Of a stretch of 64,000 nt of DNA, positions 54,561 to 63,257 are shown one piece after another. The position numbers and the translations under genes are program-made. Location of the stretch: positions 96,001-160,000 of the forward strand of contig JBGAML010000003.1 in assembly GCA_044223005.1 (NCBI GenBank). The letters are read 5' to 3'. Every line of letters starts with the position of its first letter. Positions within the stretch are counted from its first letter, which is position 1. Under the pieces are notes generated by a model. It was not told where the DNA came from, did no database searches, and was given only the letters and a program-made list of their open reading frames with translations. The stretch is from Candidatus Eiseniibacteriota bacterium (lineage in GTDB: Bacteria > Eisenbacteria > RBG-16-71-46).

Positions 54561-55444
54561 CCGTGACGGCCCGCCGCCGCTGGCAGCAGGCCGTCGCCGT
54601 CGTGCACCGCCAGTCGGCCTACGGCGCGGGTCTGCGCTGGCTCGAGCTCGACGTGGCGCCGCCGTTCCCGCTGCCGGTCGCGGGGCAGTTCGTGCAGGTG
54701 CAGCTGCCCGCCCCCTCGCCGGTGCTGCTGCCGCGCCCGATGAGCGTCGCGGCCGCGACCGCGCGGCGCAACGGTGGCGCGCGGCTCGGGTTCCTGTACG
54801 CGCCGGTCGGCACGGGCACGCGTGCGCTCGCCGCGCTCGCGCCCGGTGCGGAGCTTTCGCTCACCGGACCGCTCGGGCGCGGCTATCCGCTGGACGAGCC
54901 CGGTTCGCCGGTGCTGGTCGCGGGCGGGCGCGGCGTCGCGCCGCTCCTGATGGCGGCCGACGCGCTCGCGCGGCAGCGCCGCCGCAACACCTTCCTCTTC
55001 GGTGCGCGCACGGCGAAACTGCTCGCGGGTCTCGCCGAGGCGCGCGAGCGCATCGCGCGCCGGGGCGGCACCCTGCACGTGGCGACCGACGACGGCACGC
55101 GTGGCACGCGCGGTGACGTGCTCGCGCTGCTCGATCGCGTCGCGCCGAAGCTCGAGGCGCCGATCGTCATTCACGCCTGCGGCCCGCACGCGATGCTCGC
55201 CGCGATCGCGCGTTGGGCGATCGCGCGCGACGTGCGCGCGCACCTCGCGATGGAGAGCGTCATGGCCTGCGGCACCGGCGTCTGCCGCGGCTGCCCGCTG
55301 CCGCGCAGCGCCGAGGCGTCGGCGCGCGTGCGGGCCGCGGGCGAATCGGCCCCGGCGCTGCAGGGCAATCCCGAGTGGGCGATGTGCTGTACCGACGGCC
55401 CCGTGTTCGAAGCGCGCGAACTGGACTGGGAGCGGATCGCGTGA
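54557..55444 (+). CDS. pyrK: Dihydroorotate dehydrogenase electron transfer subunit
   Basis: 'GQFV', 'RPMSV', 'GPLGRGY', 'GGRGVAP', 'ACGP', 'MACGTGVCRGC...CTDGPVF'. Confidence 0.88.
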   Translation: MTVTARRRWQQAVAVVHRQSAYGAGLRWLELDVAPPFPLPVAGQFVQVQLPAPSPVLLPRPMSVAAATARRNGGARLGFLYAPVGTGTRALAALAPGAELSLTGPLGRGYPLDEPGSPVLVAGGRGVAPLLMAADALARQRRRNTFLFGARTAKLLAGLAEARERIARRGGTLHVATDDGTRGTRGDVLALLDRVAPKLEAPIVIHACGPHAMLAAIARWAIARDVRAHLAMESVMACGTGVCRGCPLPRSAEASARVRAAGESAPALQGNPEWAMCCTDGPVFEARELDWERIA

Positions 55445-56430
55445 GCGCCCCGGCGTTCGGCGGCCGCCCGATCGCGGCGAAGCGCGTCGATCTCGAGGTC
55501 GCGATCGGTTCGCTGCGCCTGCGCTCGCCGGTGCTCACCGCGTCGGGCACGTTCGGCTACGGCGACGAGTACGCGCACGTGGTCGACCTGCGGGCGCTGG
55601 GCGGCGTCGTCACCAAGACGGTCACGGTGCGGCCGCGACCGGGCAACCCGCCGCCGCGCGTCGCCGAAGTCGCCGCGGGGATGCTCAACTCGATCGGGCT
55701 CGAGAACGTGGGGCTCGAGCGCTTCCGCGCCGACAAGCTGCCGAAGCTGCGCGCGCTCGAGGCGACGGTGGTCGTGTCGGTGGGCGGTGAGACGCCGGAC
55801 GAACTGGCGACGCTCGTGGACGCGCTGGGTCGCGAGGACGGCGTCGCCGCGCTCGAGATCAACTTCAGCTGCCCGAACGTGGCCGCGGGCGGGGCGCGCT
55901 ACTGGGCGGAGCCGTCGCGGCTCGAATCGACGATGGCGCGACTGCGCGCGCTCACGGCGCGCCCGCTCGTGGCCAAGCTCTCGCCGGACGTGACGGACAT
56001 CCGCGAGACGGCGCTCGCCTGCGAGCGCGGCGGCGCCGACGCGCTGACCTGCGTGAACACGTTCGTCGGGATGGCGATCGACCTCGAGCACGTGCGCAGC
56101 AGGCTCGGCCGCGCCACGGGCGGCGTGAGCGGCCCGGCGATCAAGCCGCTGGCGCTGGCGCGCTGCCACGAGGCGGCGCACGCGGTGCGGATTCCGGTGA
56201 TCGGCTCGGGCGGCATCGCGAACGGCCGCGACGCGCTCGAGTTCATGGCGGCGGGCGCGACGGCGGTGCAGGTGGGGACGGCGACGTTCACCGAGCCGGG
56301 AGCGGCGGCGCGGGTGGTGGAGGAGATGCGCGCCTGGCTCGCGGCGCACGGGGTGACGAAAGTGACGGACCTGCGCGGCGCGTTCTCGGCGCCGGCGGCC
56401 CAGGCGCACGCGCCGGAAGGGGGAGCATGA
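55441..56430 (+). CDS. pyrD: Dihydroorotate dehydrogenase catalytic subunit (family 1B)
   Basis: 'TASGTFGYG', 'GMLNSIGLEN', 'EINFSCPNV', 'GGVSGPAIKPLA'. Confidence 0.95.
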   Translation: MSAPAFGGRPIAAKRVDLEVAIGSLRLRSPVLTASGTFGYGDEYAHVVDLRALGGVVTKTVTVRPRPGNPPPRVAEVAAGMLNSIGLENVGLERFRADKLPKLRALEATVVVSVGGETPDELATLVDALGREDGVAALEINFSCPNVAAGGARYWAEPSRLESTMARLRALTARPLVAKLSPDVTDIRETALACERGGADALTCVNTFVGMAIDLEHVRSRLGRATGGVSGPAIKPLALARCHEAAHAVRIPVIGSGGIANGRDALEFMAAGATAVQVGTATFTEPGAAARVVEEMRAWLAAHGVTKVTDLRGAFSAPAAQAHAPEGGA

Positions 56431-57155
56431 GCACCGCCGATTTCGCGATCGCCTACGACGTGCCGACGCTGGAGGAGGCGCTGGCGCTCGACGCGCGCCT
56501 GGGCCAGGGGCCGGAGTACGCCAAGCTGGGTCTGGAACTGTTCGCGGCCGAGGGGCCGGCGGCGGTGCGCGCGCTGCGCGAACGGGGCCGGCGCGTGTTC
56601 CTGGACCTGAAGCTGCACGACATCCCGAACACGGTGCGCGGCGCGGCGGCGGCGGCGGCTCGCCTGGGCGCGGACCTGCTCACGGTGCACGCGACGGGGG
56701 GTGGCGAGATGCTGCGCGCGGCGGTCGACGGCATCTCCGCGGCGGGCGGCCGCACGCGCGTGGTGGCGGTGACGCTGCTCACGAGCCTGGACGCGGGGGC
56801 GATGCCGCCGGGCTTCGCGCAGCCGTTCGACCTGCCGGCGACGGCGGTGGAACTGACGCGGCTGGCGCTCGACGCGGGCGTGGCGGGCGTGGTCTGCGCG
56901 GTGCCGGAGTTGCGGGCGCTCCGCTCGACGATCGGGCGGCCGTTCGTGGCGGTGACGCCGGGGATCCGGATGAGCGGGGGCGAGACGCACGACCAGAAGC
57001 GCGTGGCGACGATCGCCGAAGCGGTGAGCTCGGGGGCGTCGCTGCTGGTCTTGGGGCGCGCGGTCACGGCGGCGCACGATGTTCGCGAGGCGTTGGCGGC
57101 GGCGCGCCGGGAACGCGACGAGGCGAGTTCTAAGCGGGACGACGAGGCGAGCTGA
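56427..57155 (+). CDS. pyrF: Orotidine-5'-phosphate decarboxylase
   Basis: 'KLGLELF', 'FLDLKLHDIPNTV', 'VTLLTS', 'VTPGIR', 'DQKRV'. Confidence 0.95.
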   Translation: MSTADFAIAYDVPTLEEALALDARLGQGPEYAKLGLELFAAEGPAAVRALRERGRRVFLDLKLHDIPNTVRGAAAAAARLGADLLTVHATGGGEMLRAAVDGISAAGGRTRVVAVTLLTSLDAGAMPPGFAQPFDLPATAVELTRLALDAGVAGVVCAVPELRALRSTIGRPFVAVTPGIRMSGGETHDQKRVATIAEAVSSGASLLVLGRAVTAAHDVREALAAARRERDEASSKRDDEAS

Positions 57156-57740
57156 GCTTTCGCTCGTGGCGATCGTCCACACACTGCTCCGTGACGTCAA
57201 CCCGCCCCACCGCGTGAGGATCGGGGGGCTCGCTGGAGGGACCGCTCCTCGCACGGCATCCTGCCGTGCTCGTCTCTAGGCGTCCGCATGCGACCGGACC
57301 CGCTGCGCGGGTACCCCCCTGGCTCCTTCGCATGCTCCCGACTTCCCTCCATCGAGCCCCCCGATCCTCACGCTTTCCGCCCCGCCCCAGGGGGCGAAAC
57401 GGCGCACCCACGTCCCCGAATCGGATGCGCGTTGGATGAGTGTCGATCGACGTCTCGGATGCCTGGGGTGTGGGGAATCCCAAGCTTCTTCGTGGGTGGC
57501 GGGGAGGCGAGAGGTGCCGGGGGTCCGATGGAGGGAAGTCGGGAGCGCGCGAAGGAGCCAGGGATGGCGGTCGCGCGCGGACGCCTAGTGACGAGTCCGG
57601 CAGGATGCCGGACGAGGAGCGGTCCCTCCAGCGGACCCCCGGCACCTCTCGCCGGGCGGGGCGGACCAACGCCGTAGCCCTCGGTGGGGCGGGATGACGT
57701 CGCGGAACAGGGTGTAGACGCTCGCGACAAGCGAGCGCCC
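57154..57740. repeat. Large imperfect inverted repeat made of two homologous structured units
   Basis: 57154-57211 matches the reverse complement of 57683-57740 (11 mismatches in 58 nt by hand); core 57212-57373 is homologous to the reverse complement of 57506-57653. Confidence 0.85.
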
Positions 57741-57767
57741 CACGGAGAGCGAACCGGCTCGCCGCCG

Positions 57768-58667
57768 CTAGCGCAGGAAGAGCACGACGACGCCTGCGAC
57801 GGCGATCAGGGCTCCGGCGACGGCTCTCAGGGTGAGGGGTTCGCCGTGGAAGCGGGAGGCGATCAGCATCGTGAAGATGGGGTAGATCGCGGTGATCGAG
57901 GAGGCGATGCCGGCGTCGATGTACTTGAGGGCGGCCAGCGAGAGCGTCACGCCCATGAACGGGCCGCAGAAGGCGCCGCCCACCATGAACGCGGCGGCGC
58001 GGCGGTCCTTCAGTGCGCCGAGTGTCTCGGGCACCGCGCGCTCGATCGCGGCGAGCAGCCAGATCGCGACCATCGCGCTGCTCACGCGGATCACGGTCGC
58101 CGAGAGCGGATCGAGTCCGGTGCGCAGCGCCGTCTTGGAGAGCACGTAGCCGCCCGCCTGGCCCAGCGCGGCGAGCACGCCCGCGAGGATTCCCATCGCC
58201 ACCGAGCCCTCGGCGTGCTTCGTCGCGCCCGCGGCCTGCCGGCCGCTCACGACCCACGCGACGCCGCCCACCGTGAGCGCGACGCCCAGCAGCGCGAGCG
58301 GGCCGGGGTGCTCGTGCAGCGCGGGCCAGGCGATCAGCACGGTGAAGAGGGGCGCGAGCGACGCGATCAGCGCCGCGCGGCCGGGGCCGAGGATCACGAG
58401 CGAGCGGAAGTACCACGTGTCGCCGAACACGAACCCGATCAGGCCGGAGAGCGCGAGCAGGCCCACCTGCAGCGAGGTCGCCCAGACCGGCCACGGCGAA
58501 CCGTGCAGCACGAGGAGCGCCGACGACAGGAACACGCAGGCCGTGGTGATGCGCAGGCGGTTCAGCACCCGCGAGCCCATGCGGCGGCCGGCGGCGGCGA
58601 AGAAGTTCGAGCCCACCGACCAGAAGAGCGCCGTTCCCAGCGCGGCCACCTCACCCGCGAATCGCAT
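57768..58667 (-). CDS. EamA/DMT family transporter
   Basis: 'GEVAALGTALFW', 'LSGLIGFVFGD', 'GPFMGVTLSL'; about 10 TM segments. Confidence 0.85.
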   Translation of the reverse strand: MRFAGEVAALGTALFWSVGSNFFAAAGRRMGSRVLNRLRITTACVFLSSALLVLHGSPWPVWATSLQVGLLALSGLIGFVFGDTWYFRSLVILGPGRAALIASLAPLFTVLIAWPALHEHPGPLALLGVALTVGGVAWVVSGRQAAGATKHAEGSVAMGILAGVLAALGQAGGYVLSKTALRTGLDPLSATVIRVSSAMVAIWLLAAIERAVPETLGALKDRRAAAFMVGGAFCGPFMGVTLSLAALKYIDAGIASSITAIYPIFTMLIASRFHGEPLTLRAVAGALIAVAGVVVLFLR

Positions 58668-58800
58668 CACGCCACTATGCACGGTCGGGGAGCGAGGCGG
58701 AAGTCGGCGCCGGGCATCGGGTTCCGGGCGCGGCCCGGGCGCCGCCCAGCGCCGGCCGGGCGCTTGACGCCATCCGGCGCGGCCCCGAGAGTGGCGCGGA

Positions 58801-59391
58801 ATGAAGCGCGACGCCGAGCGTATCTCACCTGCCGGGCCGACGGACGATGCCCTGATCGCCTCCGCCCAGGGCGGGGATCAGGCCGCGTTCGCCGAAATCG
58901 TCCGGCGCTATCAGCGCGCGGTCGTCCGCGTCGCGTGGGCGCTCACGCGCAACGCGAGCGACGCCGACGACCTCGCGCAGGAGACGTTCGTGCGGGCGTG
59001 GGGCGCCATCGGCCGGTTCGAGAAGGGCCAGCCGCTCTATCCCTGGCTCGCGCGCATCGCGACCAACCAGGCGTTCTCGCTCTTTCGCACGCGCAAGCGC
59101 CGGCCCGAGACGCCGATCGAGCCCCTGCTGGAGGCCGGGCAGCAGTGGGGCGTGGAGGACGACCCGGCCGATCACGCGGCACGGAACGAGCATCACGCGA
59201 AGCTGCGGGCGTGCTTCGCGGAACTCGCGCCGGAGCACCAGGCGGTGCTCGCGCTGCGGGTGGTGCAGGACCTGTCGTACGACGAGATCGCGCACGCGCT
59301 CGGCATTCCGGCGGGCACGGTGATGTCGAGGCTGTCGCGGGCGCGCGCGGAGCTGAAGCAGCGCATGCAGGAAGGATCGGACCCGTCATGA
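58801..59391 (+). CDS. ECF RNA polymerase sigma factor
   Basis: 'DADDLAQETFVRAW', 'WLARIATN', 'LSYDEIAHALGIPAGTVMSRLSRAR'. Confidence 0.92.
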   Translation: MKRDAERISPAGPTDDALIASAQGGDQAAFAEIVRRYQRAVVRVAWALTRNASDADDLAQETFVRAWGAIGRFEKGQPLYPWLARIATNQAFSLFRTRKRRPETPIEPLLEAGQQWGVEDDPADHAARNEHHAKLRACFAELAPEHQAVLALRVVQDLSYDEIAHALGIPAGTVMSRLSRARAELKQRMQEGSDPS

Positions 59392-61028
59392 GCGGTCACT
59401 GGAGCGACGAACGCCTCGGGGCGTTCCACGACGGCGCGCTGTCCGCGGCCGACGCGGCCGCGGCCGAGCGCCATCTCGCGGAGTGCGACGCGTGCCGCGC
59501 GCGCCTCGCGGAGATCGTCGCGCTCGACGACTCGCTCGGCGCGTCGCTCGAGTACGACCCGGGCGAGGCGTACTTCGCGTCGTTCGCCGACCGGGTGAGC
59601 GCGCGCATCGCCGCCGAGGCCGCGCCGGCCGCCGCGCCCGCCGCGGCGCCGGCTCCGAAGCGCGGGCCGTTCGCGTGGTGGAACTCGCCGCGTTCGCTCG
59701 CGTGGGCGGGCGGCGCGCTCGCGCTGGCCGCGGTTGCCGGGCTCGTCGTGACGCTCTCGCGCGATCACGGTCCGCGGGAGATGGCGAGCCAGGTCGCGCC
59801 GCCGAGCGAACTCGGCGCCGGTGCCGACGCCGCCGCGCCGCGGTCCGCCGCGCCCGCGCCCGAGGCGGCGAACGAAGCGCCCGCGCCGGAGGCGGAACCC
59901 GCGCCCCCCGCGGCCATGCTCGGCGCGATGAAGCAGGATCTCGCCGAGGGCGATGCGAAGCGCAAGGTCGCGACCCCGGCCGCGAGCGGTGCTCTCGCCG
60001 ACGAACGCCGCGCGGGCGCGGTAGCGCCCGCCGCGAAGGCCGCGCCCGCCGAAGCGGTCGACCGCCTCGCGCCGCCCGCGCCGGCGCCGGCACCCGCCGC
60101 CGCGAGCCTGCGCGAGCAGCGCACCGCGCCCAGCGGCGAGCCGCTGCCGCCCGCGCCGCGCGTGAAGGCGGAGGAGAAGCTCGTCGCGCCGCAGCGCCCG
60201 CCCGCGGTCAACGGATTCGCGCGCGCTCCCGCGGCGCCCGCGGTGCCGGCGCCGGTGCTGACCAAGTCGCTCGCCGGGAACGCCGCGCGCGCCGACGCGC
60301 CCGCGGCACGCGACGAGTCCGGGGCGCGGGCGAGCGCGGAGTCCGCGACGCCGGCGCAGCCGATGCGCCAGGCGGAGGAGGAATCCGCGAGCCTGCGGCT
60401 GTGTGGCACCGTGACCGACACCGAGGGCCGTCCGGTCGCGCACGCCGCGGTCACGGTCGCCGAAACGGGGGGCGGCACGGTCTCCGGCGCGGACGGCGCG
60501 TTCTGCCTCGACGTCGCCCGGGCGAACGCCACGCTCAGCGTGCTCGGCGTGGGCTTCCAGCCGTACCGTGCAAGCGTCGGGCTCGCGGACAACGGCCGGC
60601 CGGTCGCGGTGCGGCTCGTCCCCGTGAAGGCGCTCGAAGCGCCCGGCGCGCCGGGCGCGGGCAACTGGGGCGGCCTGCAGTCGTTCCGCCCGTCGCCGCC
60701 CGCACCCGGGGCGCGCGCCGCGACGCCCGTCGCCTCCCGCACGCTCGCGCTCGCGGCGAGCACGGCGGCCGCGCGGCTGCACACGCCCGCGGGGTGGGAC
60801 ACCGCGGCGCAGGCGTGGAGCGGCTGGCTCGCGGCGACGCCCACGGACGCCGGGCGGCTCGAGGCGCGCTTCAAGCTCGCCGAGGCCCGCGTGCAGGCGT
60901 GGCGGCTCGAGACCACGCCGGCGCGGCGCGCGACGGCGCAAGGTGCCGTGAACGCCTACCTGGACGCCGCGCCCGCCGGCGCGCTGCGCGATCTCGCGCT
61001 GCGCTGGCGCGCCGAACTCCAGCCCTGA
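59388..61028 (+). CDS. zf-HC2 anti-sigma factor with TM helix, Ala/Pro linker and carboxypeptidase-regulatory-like domain
   Basis: 'HW...HLAECDAC'; one TM; 'GTVTDTEGRPVAHAAV...DGAF...GF'; ATGA overlap with the sigma gene. Confidence 0.8.
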   Translation: MSGHWSDERLGAFHDGALSAADAAAAERHLAECDACRARLAEIVALDDSLGASLEYDPGEAYFASFADRVSARIAAEAAPAAAPAAAPAPKRGPFAWWNSPRSLAWAGGALALAAVAGLVVTLSRDHGPREMASQVAPPSELGAGADAAAPRSAAPAPEAANEAPAPEAEPAPPAAMLGAMKQDLAEGDAKRKVATPAASGALADERRAGAVAPAAKAAPAEAVDRLAPPAPAPAPAAASLREQRTAPSGEPLPPAPRVKAEEKLVAPQRPPAVNGFARAPAAPAVPAPVLTKSLAGNAARADAPAARDESGARASAESATPAQPMRQAEEESASLRLCGTVTDTEGRPVAHAAVTVAETGGGTVSGADGAFCLDVARANATLSVLGVGFQPYRASVGLADNGRPVAVRLVPVKALEAPGAPGAGNWGGLQSFRPSPPAPGARAATPVASRTLALAASTAAARLHTPAGWDTAAQAWSGWLAATPTDAGRLEARFKLAEARVQAWRLETTPARRATAQGAVNAYLDAAPAGALRDLALRWRAELQP

Positions 61029-61153
61029 CGCGCGGCGGCCGCGCGCGATTCCCGCCCGCGTCCGCCACTTCGCGCTTGCGCCGGCCGCGCGCGGTCGGCC
61101 AACCTCGTGGGACGCTCCGGACTCGTACCCCCACCGACCCACGAGGACCCCAC

Positions 61154-63124
61154 GTGTCCACCCCACCGAATCTCCAGGGCGCTTCGCCCGAAGCCATCGA
61201 ACGCCACTGGTTCGAGAACGTCTACGCCGGGGACCGACAGAAGCAGCTGACCTTCCGGGCCATCGTGATGGGCATGGGGCTCGGGATGATCATGGTGTGC
61301 TCCAACGTGTACGTCGGCCTCAAGGCCGGCTGGAGCATGGGCGTCGCGATCACCTCGTGCGTGCTCGCGTTCGTGGCGTTCTCGACGCTGCACCGGCTGT
61401 TCCCGAAGTGGTTCTCCGAATACTCGATTCTCGAGAACAACTGCATGCAGTCGTGCGCTTCGGCCGCGGGCTCCATGACCAGCGGCGGGCTCGTGAACGC
61501 GATTCCCGCGCTCATGATGCTCAACGCGGCGGCCATCCCGGGCGACTTCAAGACGCGCTGCCTGTGGCTGATCCCGTGGGTCGCCGTGATCTCCGGACTC
61601 GGCGTCTTCCTGGCCGTGCCGGCGAAGCGCCAGATGATCAACATCGAGCAGTTGCCGTTCCCGACCGGCACCGCGGCGGCCGCCACGCTCCGCACGCTGC
61701 ACGCCGAGGGCGGCGAGGCCGCCAAGCAGGCGCGCGCGCTCGGAATCGCCGGCGCGCTCGGGCTCGTGATCACGTGGCTGCGCGACGCGGGCGAGCTGCC
61801 GTTCATGACCGTGACCAAGTTCGCGAACGCGCCCGACTGGGCGCTGGTCAAGGGTTGGTTCGCGCCCCGCGCGCTGCCGTGGCTCCGGCTGCCCGACCTC
61901 GAGACCACGTGGGGAACCGCGTGGATCAAGCTCGGCCGCTACAAGGACCAGCCGCTGGGCCTCAACCAGGTGACGATGTCGTTCGAGGGCTCGCTGCTCT
62001 TCATCGCCGCCGGCGCGATCATGGGCTTCCGGCAGGCGTGGAGCCTCATGCTGGGCGCGATCGTCAACTACTGCATCCTCGCGCCGCACTTCCTGCGCAC
62101 CGGCGTGATCGAGGCCGCGAGCTTCCGCAGGATCTCGTCGTGGAGCCTCTGGATCGGCGTGCCCATGATGGTGACGTCGGGCCTGCTGCTCTTCTTCATG
62201 AACTTCAAGTCGGTGATCCGTGCGTTCAGCACGATCACGGCGTTCCTGTCCAAGAAGAGCGGCGGCGACGATCCCATGGACCGCATCGAGGTCCCGGGCT
62301 CGTGGTTCATCACCGGCTTCCTGGTGCTCGGCACCGCCGCGGTGCTGCTCGCCCACGCGCTCTTCCACGTACAGTGGTGGATGGGCGCCATCGCGGTGTT
62401 CGCGACCTTCTTCCTCGTGGTCGTGGCCGCGCGTGCGGTCGGCGAGACGGACATCACGCCGGTCGGCCCGCTCTCCAAGATCACGCAGCTCACGTTCGGC
62501 GCGCTGGCCCCCGGCAACATCACGACCAATCTCATGACGGCCAACATCTCCGCGGGCGCCACGAGCCATGCGGGTGACCTGCTGACCGACTTGAAGAGCG
62601 GCTACCTGCTGGGCGCCAACCCGCGGCGCCAGTTCATCGCCCAGTTCTTCGGCGTGATGGCCGGTGCGCTGGTCGTCGTGCCCGTGTACTTCATCCTCGT
62701 GCCCTCGCCCGACATGCTCGGCACCGAGAAGTGGCCCGCGCCCGCGGCGCTGGTGTGGAAAGGCGTCGCCGAGCTGCTCAGCAAGGGTGTCGATTCGCTG
62801 CCGCCCTCGGCGCGCATCGGCCTCGTGGTGGGCGGCGCGCTCGGGATCGTGATTCCGCTGCTCGAGATGCGTTTCCCGAAGGCGAAGAAGTTCATCCCCT
62901 CGGCGACCGGCCTCGGGCTCGCGTTCACGATCAACGGCTACAACTCGATCTCGATGTTCCTCGGCGCCTGTCTCGCGCTCTACCTCTCCAAGCAGCACAA
63001 GACGTTCCACGAGAAGTACACGGTGGCGTGCTCGTCCGGGATCATCGCAGGCGAGAGCCTGATGGGTGTGGCCATCGCGCTCCTCAACGCGCTGCCGAAC
63101 CTGCTCGCGCTGATGAAGGGCTGA
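61154..63124 (+). CDS. OPT family oligopeptide transporter (copy 2)
   Basis: GAGG SD + GTG; same motifs as copy 1 ('IERHWFENVYAGDR', 'DLLTDLKSGYLLGANPR'). Confidence 0.9.
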   Translation: MSTPPNLQGASPEAIERHWFENVYAGDRQKQLTFRAIVMGMGLGMIMVCSNVYVGLKAGWSMGVAITSCVLAFVAFSTLHRLFPKWFSEYSILENNCMQSCASAAGSMTSGGLVNAIPALMMLNAAAIPGDFKTRCLWLIPWVAVISGLGVFLAVPAKRQMINIEQLPFPTGTAAAATLRTLHAEGGEAAKQARALGIAGALGLVITWLRDAGELPFMTVTKFANAPDWALVKGWFAPRALPWLRLPDLETTWGTAWIKLGRYKDQPLGLNQVTMSFEGSLLFIAAGAIMGFRQAWSLMLGAIVNYCILAPHFLRTGVIEAASFRRISSWSLWIGVPMMVTSGLLLFFMNFKSVIRAFSTITAFLSKKSGGDDPMDRIEVPGSWFITGFLVLGTAAVLLAHALFHVQWWMGAIAVFATFFLVVVAARAVGETDITPVGPLSKITQLTFGALAPGNITTNLMTANISAGATSHAGDLLTDLKSGYLLGANPRRQFIAQFFGVMAGALVVVPVYFILVPSPDMLGTEKWPAPAALVWKGVAELLSKGVDSLPPSARIGLVVGGALGIVIPLLEMRFPKAKKFIPSATGLGLAFTINGYNSISMFLGACLALYLSKQHKTFHEKYTVACSSGIIAGESLMGVAIALLNALPNLLALMKG

Positions 63125-63187
63125 TGGCATCGCATTCCTGCGGCCCCGGCGCTCCCCGCGCCGGGGTCGCGTCCGTTCCCGGCACGG

Positions 63188-63216
63188 TTGCTTCCCCGCA
63201 GGGCAGCGCCTACGAT
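63188..63216 (+). promoter_or_regulatory. Candidate sigma70 promoter
   Basis: TTGCTT-17 nt-TACGAT upstream of ATG 63258. Confidence 0.5.
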
Positions 63217-63257
63217 GCCGCGGCCTCTCGTCCAACCTTTTCCAGTGAGGATCGCTC

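Noticed and set aside
55261..55410. Long spacer between the third and fourth Fe-S cysteines of PyrK
   Set aside because: All ligands are present and this loop is variable in length, so it is not evidence of a new function.
57586..57620. Hammerhead-ribozyme-like 'TGACGAG-stem-CGAG' in the structured repeat
   Set aside because: The core needs CUGANGA...GAAA. Here it is GUGACGA...GAGG, and GAGACGA in the other copy, so essential residues are missing.
57154..57740. CRISPR array or protein-coding ORFs in the pyrF/EamA gap
   Set aside because: Only two inverted units, with no regularly spaced direct repeats; the ORFs lack SDs and recognisable motifs.
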